Source: Paraspadella gotoi
Taxonomy: Eukaryota > Animalia > Chaetognatha
Direction: 5' to 3'
Length of the DNA: 64,000 nt
Assembly (NCBI GenBank): GCA_051294375.1
Contig: CM119270.1
Span: 17,829,710 to 17,893,709 of the forward strand
Positions 53,087-64,000 of this stretch are shown in pieces. The first letter of the stretch is position 1; every line of letters starts with the position of its first letter. The notes under the pieces are model-generated. The model had not been told where the DNA came from. It was given only the letters and a program-made list of their open reading frames with translations, and did no database searches. The position numbers and the translations under genes are program-made.

Positions 53087-53149
53087 TAAAGAGAGAAAGA
53101 GAGAGAGAGAGAGAGATAAAGAGAGAAGAGAGTGAAGAGAGAGAGTGAA

Positions 53150-53234
<85 letters not shown>

Positions 53235-53304
53235 AAGAGAGAGAGCAATTTGACCATTGACCTCTCACCCGCGGAACCCAGGAACGATGTGAGGCGACGA
53301 TTTA

Positions 53305-53345
<41 letters not shown>

Positions 53346-53365
53346 TCTTGATGACGAAGCCGACA

Positions 53366-53549
53366 ATGACAATGAGGAGAACGAAAACGACAACAACTTT
53401 TGTATCTTCGACACTACATGACATGACATGACATAACATGACAATGAGGAGAACGAAAACGACAACAACTTTTGTATCTTCGACACTACATGACATGACA
53501 TGACATAACATGACAATGAGGAGAACGAAAACGACAACTTTTGTATCTT
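53366..53549. repeat. 72-bp tandem repeat x2.5
   Basis: atgacaatgaggagaacgaaaacgacaac at 53366, 53438 and 53510. Confidence 0.85.
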
Positions 53550-53736
53550 TCAGATTCTTTTCCTTAAACTTTTGTCTCTTGAATTTCCAGATGTCTGCAT
53601 CTGTAATCTCTTCCCTTCTCTTCGTTAACCGCCGTCTGTGATCCCAGATGTTAGCCTAACATTAGCGAAACATTCATCATCTGTGAGATTCGTTGTTTTC
53701 ACAACATCGATCGTAGAAGTTAAGTGAATTGGGCAG

Positions 53737-53858
53737 TGATTCTTTTGGGTGATTCTCGGATGATTCTCGGGTGATTCTTTCGAGTGATTCTTTCGAGTGA
53801 TTCTTTTGGGTGACTCTTTCGGGTGATTCTTTCGGGTAATTCTTTTGGGTGATTTTTC
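53737..53858. repeat. ~13-bp minisatellite (gtgattctttYgg)n
   Basis: About 9 degenerate copies. Confidence 0.75.
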
Positions 53859-54535
53859 TGATTTAAGATTTTGTTCGCTTTTAACCGGATGAAGCAGACG
53901 AAAACTTGAAATAAAAAAAGCGCTGAGTTTGCTGCGAATGTCTAATCTCTCCTTAATTATTCCTCAAAGGACTCATATCTAGTAGAACGATTCCTGAACT
54001 TGGATCCCGGTTGCTGATTCGCTCTGATCTACCAATTCTATTTCAGGCCGTCCAGGCTGGTTTGGCTCGGAACCGGTGGTCATAAGAGGACGTCAAGCCA
54101 AACGTTTGTTGCGGGCTGAATCTGGGCACGAGAGCCGTTTCGATTCAGACGACATCTGTATAATCACCATTTCTTATTAGGATTATTTGAGATCCATTCA
54201 TGAGTCTAAAACCATTGATTAAATTCACTTTTTTAACAAGATACAAACAACATTTTGATAATTATTAATTATAGGTAAATGTTGTACTGTTTTCATAAAA
54301 AAACCATGAACCAGCAATAAACGAAAACAAATTCGAACGCACGGACCAACTTTCGCCCCCGCGACTCCCTTTCACCAAGCAGCTTCCAAAGCCCCATAAT
54401 AATTTGATCAAGCTCCGAGGATTTCATCTCCACCGACACGACTCCATCTCACTCTGGTAATTCCATCCAGGACTGATTCAATCAGGCCCGTGATTTTCCA
54501 TCTCGCGCCCAGATTTTCTCTTTTTCTCGTCTCGT

Positions 54536-54660
54536 CCAATAGAATCGACGAACGAGGATCGGGACCAATCAGGGTCGCGAGGATTGGAAAGAAACGAAGG
54601 AAACTTAATGAGGTCGTATGAACAATCATAGGATGTTACATGAGGTTATGGACCAATGAG
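54536..54660. promoter_or_regulatory. Cluster of four CCAAT boxes
   Basis: CCAATAG 54536, GACCAATCAG 54563, ATTGG 54583 and GACCAATGAG 54651 within 125 bp of CpG-rich sequence. Confidence 0.35.
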
Positions 54661-54703
54661 AGGTCGACGTTGGTCGAAAGGAAAAACGTTGTCACTCACT
54701 CTG

Positions 54704-54792
<89 letters not shown>

Positions 54793-54956
54793 TCCAGTAA
54801 CCGAAATGAAGGACGTACAGACGACCCGACGACGAAACCCGCCACAGCAAAACCAGTTGGATCCAGGACGAGGCGCGATCAAAGCGGCGTCTTCGGAACA
54901 GGAATGCGCGCAGTTTTCTTCTTCACGGGCACGAGCCAGCAGAAGAAAAGAAAAGT

Positions 54957-55030
<74 letters not shown>

Positions 55031-55399
55031 GTGAGAGAGAGAGAAAGATCAGCTGAGGAAGAAAGAAGCTCAGAAATTGGACACCCAAGAATAGGAAAGA
55101 GAAAAAAAAAGAGAGAGAAGAGAGAGAGAAGAGAGAGGACCATCGATCTGCATCCAGAATGAAGCTGACTATAAGAGAAAGAGAAAAGGCAAAGGAAATG
55201 GAGAGAAAAGGAAAGCGGAGACAGAAAAACGAAGAAAGGAGGACGGAGAACCCGTGGTCCGAACACCTGCTAGCTCTGCTTTCGTGCTTGTGAAAGAGGC
55301 ACTACGCATTTGTACTCTACACGATCTCGCGCACCGTCACACCATCGGAACTTGGTACTTGATATCATCTGCAGCTTACGAAGTGCAGAATCCCAGCGT

Positions 55400-55830
55400 C
55401 CAGAGCGATCCAGCACGGTGCTCTCCGTATTACATAAGCTATTGTCTTAACAACCTTCTACGATCTAACCTCGTATGCTGGCAAGGCACTCCCACGGTCC
55501 GATCTCAGGCCATCACCCGCCTACGAAACACTGTCCGATCTCGCGCCCCTACCTGTCTGCGAGGTACTGCCTACGTACTACGACCATAAGCCACAGGTCC
55601 GTCTTACTGTATCACCTGATCCTCAGCCTCGTGTACCGCTTCAGCTACTCGTCTGGGTGAACGCCTCTTCCGTTACATGCTCAACGCCAGCCTTAAATCC
55701 AGATCCAGCATGCACGACGGCGCGTCAACGCCTACCTGCTTTTCACAATCCGTTGCACAGAGCTGTGTCATCAGCTGCGAACCTCATCGACTGTACGCTC
55801 CTTCTCTGTAGACCTGAAGATCTCGATGCG
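55400..55830 (+). mobile_element. Possible degraded non-LTR retrotransposon ORF2 fragment (post-RT region)
   Basis: Frame-broken peptides LLRSNLVCWQ..VRSQAITRLR, LLYHLILS and LVWVNAS fall in the order of the LINE motifs LDxxLxW..H..A..RL, LY..LI.S and ..VW.NAS. The sequence is noisy. Confidence 0.3.
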
Positions 55831-58800
55831 GAGAAGGCGCGAACATATACTGAACACACAAACCGTGTGTAATAAACACCGTGAACGTCGCTCCCATACT
55901 TGGCCCTACACCACACGGTACACATACCATGGACGAATGGAGCAAAGGATTGGAGATGGAGAGAAGAAAGAAAAGAGAGAGAGAGAGAGAAGAGAGAGAG
56001 GAGAGAGTAGAGAGAGGAGAAGGTTAAAAAGATCCAGTTCCTTGGTGTCTTATGAGGAAAGAAGAAATGGGGAAAAAATTTTAAATAAACCAGGGCCTTG
56101 TCCACGCAAGTGGCCATTCTGCGGACACTGGATGCTCCACCAACTATAGCACCGCGATCGTTCTGATCAACCGCCTGCCCAGCAACTGACATGCGCACCT
56201 TAATCGAAATATCTCCTCCCTAATTCTCAACATACTCTCGCGCCATCACACATCGTGCTCCACTCCTCTGCCACCCTCCTCAGATATAAAAGCAGACCAC
56301 CCTTTCATCGTATTACACCCATGCTACCCTCGTGCATTCCGTTACCTATTATTTCTGCTTTTTTTGTCTTTTTGATGACACAATCTGAATGCTCTGATGG
56401 AAAAAAAAAAAATTTTTGTTGTCGCGCTATTGCACCTGATTAACCGGCTTTTGATGCGAGTTGTCTTTGTGTATAGCAGATGAGTTCGTTCCTGATAGAC
56501 TCAGCACTCACAGCGCGTCATATACGCATTTTAGGATCTGTATACCGCTGTTTGATCTAGTGCTAGCTTATGCTCTTAAATCACTCGTCTGTGTTCTGTA
56601 TATTCTTTAATTGTTCACAAGTTTTAAAGATTTTCATCTTTATCAATCATTGTATTAGTGACTGATCTATCATACTATCCAATGATTCTTGTCCGACTCA
56701 TTTCATATTAGGGCACGAATCGTCTTATCTCCCCAACGCACGCCTGAGGTTATTGATTGCTCCTCAGCTGAACTCTCACCAACATGTGTCCTTTGTATTC
56801 AATATATCTAATTGATGTTAGAATTATGTTATGGATTCTTGTCGGAATTAATCTCCGTCGCACGAATAATAAAAAATGCTTTAACATTTAAAAATTCGTT
56901 AATTAAAAGGAATTAATAATAATAAATCGATATAATATCCCACCAATAGCTCTCACTTCACGTGTCTGGACTCATGATCGTCCCTTCCCTAATTTTTCGT
57001 CTTGATGCGGTTTAACCGTTAAATTAATGTATTAAAGTGTCAAAGAAAGTTTTTATTAAGCGGGCGGCAGTATATCTTTTCACGTCTTTTTTTTCATTTA
57101 TTTTTAATCAATTCAAGTTGTATGAATACTATCTTCATTTAAAATCGTAAAAAAAAATTAAAGATTAATCAAAATCAATTCACATCAACGGCTTTTGCCA
57201 CCCGTACTACTACATTTCCTTTCCCCTTTTTTTTTGAATATAAATCAGATCCATTTTCAGCATGTATATTCGCTCGCCATTTTTGTCTTCGTTTGAGCGC
57301 TTTTCACTGATGCAATGTTGCACTATGTAGCTTATCGAGATATGTCGGCTCATTCTCTGTCTGTATCACCGGATTTAATTTATTAAAATCTTGATATTTA
57401 CCCTAAATATTTTCTTAAAACTCAATAACAACATAATTCCACCAACCCTAACCCTACACTCTATCCGCCTAATCTCGTAACATATAATTCTGTAACGCTA
57501 ACCAAATCCCTGCAACCCTAATCTATAAACCCTTATCCATAATTTTTAACTTAACCTTTAATCCCTCAAACCAAATTCACTCGACATCCTTACCTTGAAT
57601 CTAACCGAAAAAACAAAAAACCTAATTTCCGAGTTTTAAGATAAAACTGGTTCCGCTCTTGGGGAAATATAAAGTTTTTTATTCTGATCCACCATCTCAC
57701 GCAATTCTTTTCATACTCCATCTCGTAGAGACTCTTCACTACTATAGTCCGTTCGTGTTCTTTGCGCATCGATATTATTGATACACATACTTCGCTACAT
57801 ACTTTCATTCTATGAATATTAACGCTTGATTATATTCTAAGAAGTGTAGTCATATATTTACTACGCAAAAAAAAATTTTTGGTGCCATAACTCGTAACTT
57901 TTTTCCTCGTCTTCCTTCAAACCCAAAACGCCGATACAATATGCCCTCTTATCATCTGATCTATCACTCTCTCATCCTTTTATGCATTTCACTCTCTCAC
58001 TCCCATCTATGTCATTCTTGCATCGCTTCCATTTTCCGACTCCCATCTTTCTCTATCATCTCCCTTTCTCTCAGTCTATCACTCTTTCATCTCTATTCAT
58101 CTGCCATCCTGTTCTTTCTCCATCGTATCACTCTCTCATCTCTGCTTCATATCCCTTTCTTCCATCTTCTATTCCTCTCTCACTCTCTATTCAATTGCCG
58201 CGCTCGTTCCATGCGTCCACTCCCATTCGCGTTCTCGTGCCATCTGTATTTCATCACCTTTTCATCTATACTCCTCTCCTTTCATCTCCATCATGCTCTC
58301 CCCACTCTCTATTCCAACTACCTTCCATCTCGTATCCATCTCCTCGTAGTCTTTCTTCCATTTCCTTCATTCAACTTCCTTCCCCATCTTGTTATTCTTT
58401 TCCATCACTTCCAATTCATCCCATCATTTCCATCTCTTCACCTTTCCTCGCGTCTCGTATCCTCTCTCTCTCTCCCCCATCATCAGCTTCCAGTCTCTTT
58501 CTTACTCCATCACCTTAAAAACCAAAAATAGCGCCTCCACACATAATGAGTTCCATGCTGAACTCGAGTATACATACGACGGTCAACTTGCAAATGACAA
58601 CCAGCCGCCTACCCGGACATGCAAGAAACCGTTTCCCGAGTTGGAAAAACAAATCACCCGGATTCTGGTTGAGAAAAAAAAACAAATTTTCAAATTTCAT
58701 CTCCCACGAAAAAAAAACAGATAAAACATTTGTTTCTTGTCTCGAGAGATTTTTGTGTTTTTTTTTTTTTTTTTTTTTTTGAATGCCGTCGCTTTAGTCT

Positions 58801-58878
58801 GAGCCTTCCGAGGGGTCTTTATTGCGTTGAACACTCTTTGTTCTCTCTCTTTTTTCTTTTTTTCTCTCTCTCTCTCTG

Positions 58879-58910
<32 letters not shown>

Positions 58911-59595
58911 AGTCTCTCTCTCTCTCACTCTCTGCTCTCTCGTTTCACTCACCATTGCTTTCTCACGTGAATGCTTCAAAATCTCTGTGCGCTTCTAAAG
59001 GAAACATCACCTGGCTTTATCACAGAGACAGCATTCGGGTCGTCACAAATGTAATATCCGTCTACTATCTTCAATCTTTTGGATGTAGTCATAGGCATAA
59101 ACAAGATTCAGAAAAGCTTCTCTTCTCTTTGCTTCTAAAACTGTATCAAAGCACGCTCAAAAATTTCTTCCCACATTTTTTTCGTACAAGGAAGAATCTC
59201 ACGTAGCATGTCACACTTTCAAATTCAAATTTTGGTCTCGTTAAGTAATTACCGTGCCTTCAATTGATACTGAATATATGTATTGTATTAAAATATTGGC
59301 AGCGGAGTTTTTGGAGATAAACCCAGAGTACCTTGTCCCTTATGTATCATTTTTACAAGATCTTTTAAGACATATGAATTTTACAATGGTACATTTTTTT
59401 CCGTCGGTCCGGATAAGCTACGGGCCATACATTCTCGTTAAATCTAGCTATATTTACTTTAGTAAATGCTTTTTTTAAACACATAATCAACGAACCGATA
59501 TAGGAGAGAAAAATTATACTATTCTATTTTTTAAAAAAACGACTCTTGTTCCCTCATTGCGCGGTAATTTTAAAAAAATGTTTTTATGTTTTAGA

Positions 59596-59754
59596 ATGTC
59601 AGGACTAAAAAAAGAAAAAAACTTCTATCGATTCCCCTATGTTTTAATCGCATTTGCTGTCTGCTTAGTTGCATTATTTTTCCACTTGGTTGCCATGACA
59701 ACGAACGTGAAAGCCTCGTCTTTTGTAGTCCGTAGCTTTCGTTTCTATAAATAG
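59596..59754 (+). CDS. Candidate N-terminal exon of a membrane protein (claudin/PMP22-like TM1?)
   Basis: gttttag|aATG, then MSGLKKEKNFYRFPYVLIAFAVCLVALFFHLVAMTTNV: a short basic N-terminus, one TM helix and an A..T.. motif. It lies in noisy sequence and the diagnostic Trp is not seen. Confidence 0.25.
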   Translation: MSGLKKEKNFYRFPYVLIAFAVCLVALFFHLVAMTTNVKASSFVVRSFRFYK

Positions 59755-61778
59755 AAACTTTTGCCGTACTTTCGAGTGGGGAAAAAAAAGGTAATGTGCG
59801 AACCCTACCGTTCGTGTGGCACATTTTTGTTTTGCATCCGTGTGGCACCTGCTCGACCTATAGTGTGCGCACTGTATGGCACTGTTAGGCACTGTTATGC
59901 GGGCAACGATCTTTCACGTTTTGCTTCTCCACGATCACGCAAAGCAAGTTCTGTTCCAAAAAAAAAAAAAAAGTTCAAATGCACGCAGCCAAATAAAAAA
60001 AAAAAAATTTAGCTAAAATGCTGAAAAAGTAAAGGTTTATCAACTATCGGCGACGAATACAAAAGTGTACAGTATACACTGTGTAACCTTCTACTGCACA
60101 GTCACTCCGAGCACGCGGAGACATCTCCCCTGCGCCTCCCCATCTCTCTCCCCTCCTTTCCCCTCCTCCCTTCCCTCCCTCTTCCTCCTCCTTCCTCCCC
60201 CTTTCCTCCTCTCTGCCTCTCACCTCCTCGACCGGAAAGAAAATAAACGGAAGACTTGGATTTTATTATCGCGACTACGAACGACCTTCGATCTCTCTTT
60301 CCCTCCCCCCCCTCTCTTTTCCGAAACCCACCGTCTTCCCCTCCCACTCTCTACCCCTTCCTCTCCTCTCTCCTCTTTTCCCGCCTTAAAATAGAATCCC
60401 CGCGGGTTACAACCCGATCCGTTCCGCCCGGTCGGGTATGATCTCTTTTTTTTTGCTGTCCGATAGATGCGGAACCAGAAAGCGCCGCCCCCTCGGCGGT
60501 TCCCTCCCGCTGAAACAAATTAGAAATTGTTTTCTTTTCCTCGTTACATTTTCCCCTCGATCCGCTTCCTTCCTTCTTCTTCTTCCTTTCGCGTTAAAAA
60601 ATAGAAAAGAAGGATTTCTGAGAAATGTCGAGAATCCGAGAAATCTCTTCGGGCGGATTGATGAATTCCGGCGGAGAAAGAGAACATCCCATTATTTTCA
60701 AGACCCCAAAAAAAAGAAAGATAAAAAAGATAAAAGAAATTAAAGGAATGTAATCTTTTTTTCTTTCTTCGTCTTGTTTTTTCCTTTCTTTTTTTGTTTT
60801 TTTCTTACTTTTTTTTCTCTCTATTTTGGCTCCCATTTTTACCAGGTTTTTTTTCTCGCTTCTAGAGAAAAAAAAGACGATTCGTTCAAGTAAAAGAAAA
60901 AACTTGGGGCCNNNNNNNNNNNNNNNNNNNNNNNNNGAAAATAAAGCTTTTTTTTTCTGATCCACCATCTCACATCTTTTTATCGAATTCTCCCTTCGTT
61001 CGTTTCTTTGCATCGATATTATTGATACACATACTTTCGCTACCATACTTTCTTCTTATGATGATATTAACGCTTGATATATCTCTAAGAAGTGTACATA
61101 TATTTACTACGAAAAAAAAATATCTGTCTGTGCCATTAACTCGTCAAGCTTTTTTTTCTCGTCTTCCTTCTAAACCAAACCGCGATACAATATGGCCCCC
61201 ATCTCTATTCATCTCCATCTATCACTCTCTCATCTCTTTGCATGTGCTATTTCATCTCCTTCCATCTCACTCCCATCTCTATTCATTTGCTCGTTCATTT
61301 TCTTCCATCTCTCTCTCATCTCTATTCATCTCCCTTTCTTCTCCATCTATCACTCTCTCATCTCTATTCATCTGCTCGTTCTTCTCCATCTATCACTCTC
61401 TCATCTCTCTTCATCTCCCTTTCTTCTCCATCTATCACTCTCTCATCTCTATTCATCCGCTCGTTCATCTCCATCTCTCGCTCTCTCATCTCTATTCATC
61501 ACCTTTTCATCTATATCCATCTCCCTTTCATCTCCATCCATCTCTCCCACATCTCTATCCAACTACCTCTCATCTCTATCCATCTCCTCTATCTTTTTCC
61601 ATTTTCCTTTATTCAACTTCCTTTCCCCATCTTTATTCATTTTCCATCACTTCCCATCACTCCCCATCATTTCCCATCTCTTTTCACCTTCCCTCGCTCT
61701 CATCCCATCACTCTCTCCATCTCTCTCTCCCCATCATCGCTCCATCTCTCTTACTCCATCACTTAAAACCAAAAATAG

Positions 61779-61913
61779 CGCCTCCACACATAATGAGTTC
61801 CATGCTGAACTCGATATACATACCGACGGTTCAACTGCAAGACAAACCAGCCGCCTACCCGGACATGCAAGAACCGTTTCCCGAGTTGGAAAAAACAAAT
61901 CACCCGGATTCTG
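61779..61913 (+). CDS. Candidate internal exon, unknown protein (noisy duplicate at ~58532-58667)
   Basis: ccaaaaatag|...|gtgaga, 135 nt, phase 1/1, open: PPHIMSSMLNSIYIPTVQLQDKPAAYPDMQEPFPELEKTNHPDS. A high-complexity island within low-complexity flanks. Confidence 0.45.
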
Positions 61914-64000
61914 GTGAGAAAAAAAAAACAAATTTTCAAATTTCATCTCCCACGAAAAGAAACAAATAAAACATTTGTTTTTGTCTGTCGAGAGATTTTG
62001 TTTTCTTTTNNNNNNNNNNNNNNNNNNNNNNNNNNNNNNNNNNNNNNNNNNNNNNNNNNNNNNNNNNNNNNNNNNNNNNNNNNNNNNNNNNNNNNNNNNN
62101 NNNNNNNNNNNNNNNNNNNNNNNNNNNNNNNNNNNNNNNNNNNNNNNNNNNNNNNNNNNNNNNNNNNNNNNNNNNNNNNNNNNNNNNNNNNNNNNNNNNN
62201 NNNNNNNNNNNNNNNNNNNNNNNNNNNNNNNNNNNNNNNNNNNNNNNNNNNNNNNNNNNNNNNNNNNNNNNNNNNNNNNNNNNNNNNNNNNNNNNNNNNN
62301 TGTGAGGAAACATCACCTGGCTTTTCACAGAGACAGCATGCGTCCAAATGTAATATCACGTTACATCTTCAATTTTGATGTAATCATAAAAAGATTCAAA
62401 GCTTTTTTTTTCTCTCTAAAGTATCCAAAGCACGTCTCAAAAATTTCTTCACATTTTTTTTCGTACAAAATTCACGTTAGCATGTCACCACCTCAAAATT
62501 CAAAGCTCGTTATTATTCCTGCCATCAATATGTAATATTATGTATGTATTAAAAAAATTGGCAGCGGAGTTTGAAACGAGTATCTTTACCTTGTATCAAT
62601 ATTTACAAGATCTTTTTAAGACATACTTATTTACATGTACTTTTTTTCGCGTCGTAAGACGGGCATCTCTCGTTAACTNNNNNNNNNNNNNNNNNNNNNN
62701 NNNNNNNNNNNNNNNNNNNNNNNNNNNNNNNNNNNNNNNNNNNNNNNNNNNNNNNNNNNNNNNNNNNNNNNNNNNNNNNNNNNNNNNNNNNNNNNNNNNN
62801 NNNNNNNNNNNNNNNNNNNNNNNNNNNNNNNNNNNNNNNNNNNNNNNNNNNNNNNNNNNNNNNNNNNNNNNNNNNNNNNNNNNNNNNNNNNNNNNNNNNN
62901 NNNNNNNNNNNNNNNNNNNNNNNNNNNNNNNNNNNNNNNNNNNNNNNNNNNNNNNNNNNNNNNNNNNNNNNNNNNNNNNNNNNNNNNNNNNNNNNNNNNN
63001 NNNNNNNNNNNNNNNNNNNNNNNNNNNNNNNNNNNNNNNNNNNNNNNNNNNNNNNNNNNNNNNNNNNNNNNNNNNNNNNNNNNNNNNNNNNNNNNNNNNN
63101 NNNNNNNNNNNNNNNNNNNNNNNNNNNNNNNNNNNNNNNNNNNNNNNNNNNNNNNNNNNNNNNNNNNNNNNNNNNNNNNNNNNNNNNNNNNNNNNNNNNN
63201 NNNNNNNNNNNNNNNNNNNNNNNNNNNNNNNNNNNNNNNNNNNNNNNNNNNNNNNNNNNNNNNNNNNNNNNNNNNNNNNNNNNNNNNNNNNNNNNNNNNN
63301 NNNNNNNNNNNNNNNNNNNNNNNNNNNNNNNNNNNNNNNNNNNNNNNNNNNNNNNNNNNNNNNNNNNNNNNNNNNNNNNNNNNNNNNNNNNNTGTCCCTT
63401 AGATGCGGAACCAGAAGCGCCGCCTGGCGTTTCCCTCCCGCGCTGAAACAAATTAGCAAATTGTTCTTCTTTTCCTCGTTACATTTTCCCCTCGAACCGC
63501 TCCGTTCCTTCTTCTTCTTCCTCTTCCGACGGTTAAAAAATAGAAAAGAGGGATTTCTGAGAAATGGCGAGGAATTCCGAGAAATCCTCTTCGGCGATTG
63601 ATGAATTCGCGGCGGAGAAGAGAACATCCATTTATTTTCAAGACCAAAAAAAAAGGAAAAAGATAAAAAGATAAAAGAAATGAAGGAATGTAATCCTTTT
63701 TTTTCTTTCTTTCGTCCTTGTTTCTTCCTTTTCTTTTTTTGGTTTTTTTCTTACTTTTTTTTTCTCTCTACTTTGGCTCCCATTTTTACCAGGTTTTTTT
63801 TCTCGCTTCTAGAGAAAAAAAAAGACGATTTCGTTCCAAGAAAAGAAAAAAAAAGGCGTCCTGCTCACACTCTCATTATCTAGCCTTTTAAGATATTTTA
63901 AAAGTAAATTAAATTTTCTTATAAGATAATATAGTTTGGGCATAATTTTTATTTAAAATCGATCTTGTTCAGTTTAGAAGCAGTGAAGTAAAGTTAAAGT

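Larger units (their letters stand above)
57670..63860 (+). repeat. ~3.2-kb tandem duplication (57670-60911 vs 60937-63860), probable gap-fill artefact
   Basis: Shared anchors ttctgatccaccatctcac (~57682/60955), gcgcctccacacataatgagttcc (58531/61778) and agatgcggaaccaga (60465/63401). The copies are separated by a 25-N gap (60912-60936), and the first is insertion-rich. Confidence 0.88.

Overview
This is eukaryotic DNA, most likely from an invertebrate animal: AT-rich, not CpG-depleted, and packed with (AG)n, (GTC)n, (TTTA)n, (TAA)n and (AAAAG)n microsatellites. It comes from a gappy hybrid assembly with many unpolished, indel-rich long-read segments. One gene is confidently recognisable: a 5-exon minus-strand NRF-6/OACYL-like O-acyltransferase (signal peptide, NRF domain, Acyl_transf_3 domain; about 730 aa reconstructed). 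Its exons are at 26579-27097 (noisy copy 16804-17453), 15417-16121, 14680-14943, 13826-14239 and 13121-13439. Its 5' half appears three times. There is also a ~7 kb-arm inverted duplication (37204-52050) and a ~3.2 kb tandem duplication (57670-63860). Each abuts an exactly 25-N gap, and the copies differ by scattered indels, so they are probably assembly artefacts rather than biology. Genuine-looking elements around the gene are a 643-bp Tc1/mariner-type MITE ~140 bp upstream of the ATG, two Helentron/DINE-1-like (HINE) remnants bracketing the gene, an LTR-like insert in intron 1 and a nested hairpin in intron 3. Several plus-strand candidate exons with no recognisable homology were also found, including a putative GC-AG intron and A-rich acceptors. 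I found no convincing novel multi-gene system, CRISPR array, rRNA or tRNA. Most entries in the ORF track are artefacts of N-gaps or microsatellites.
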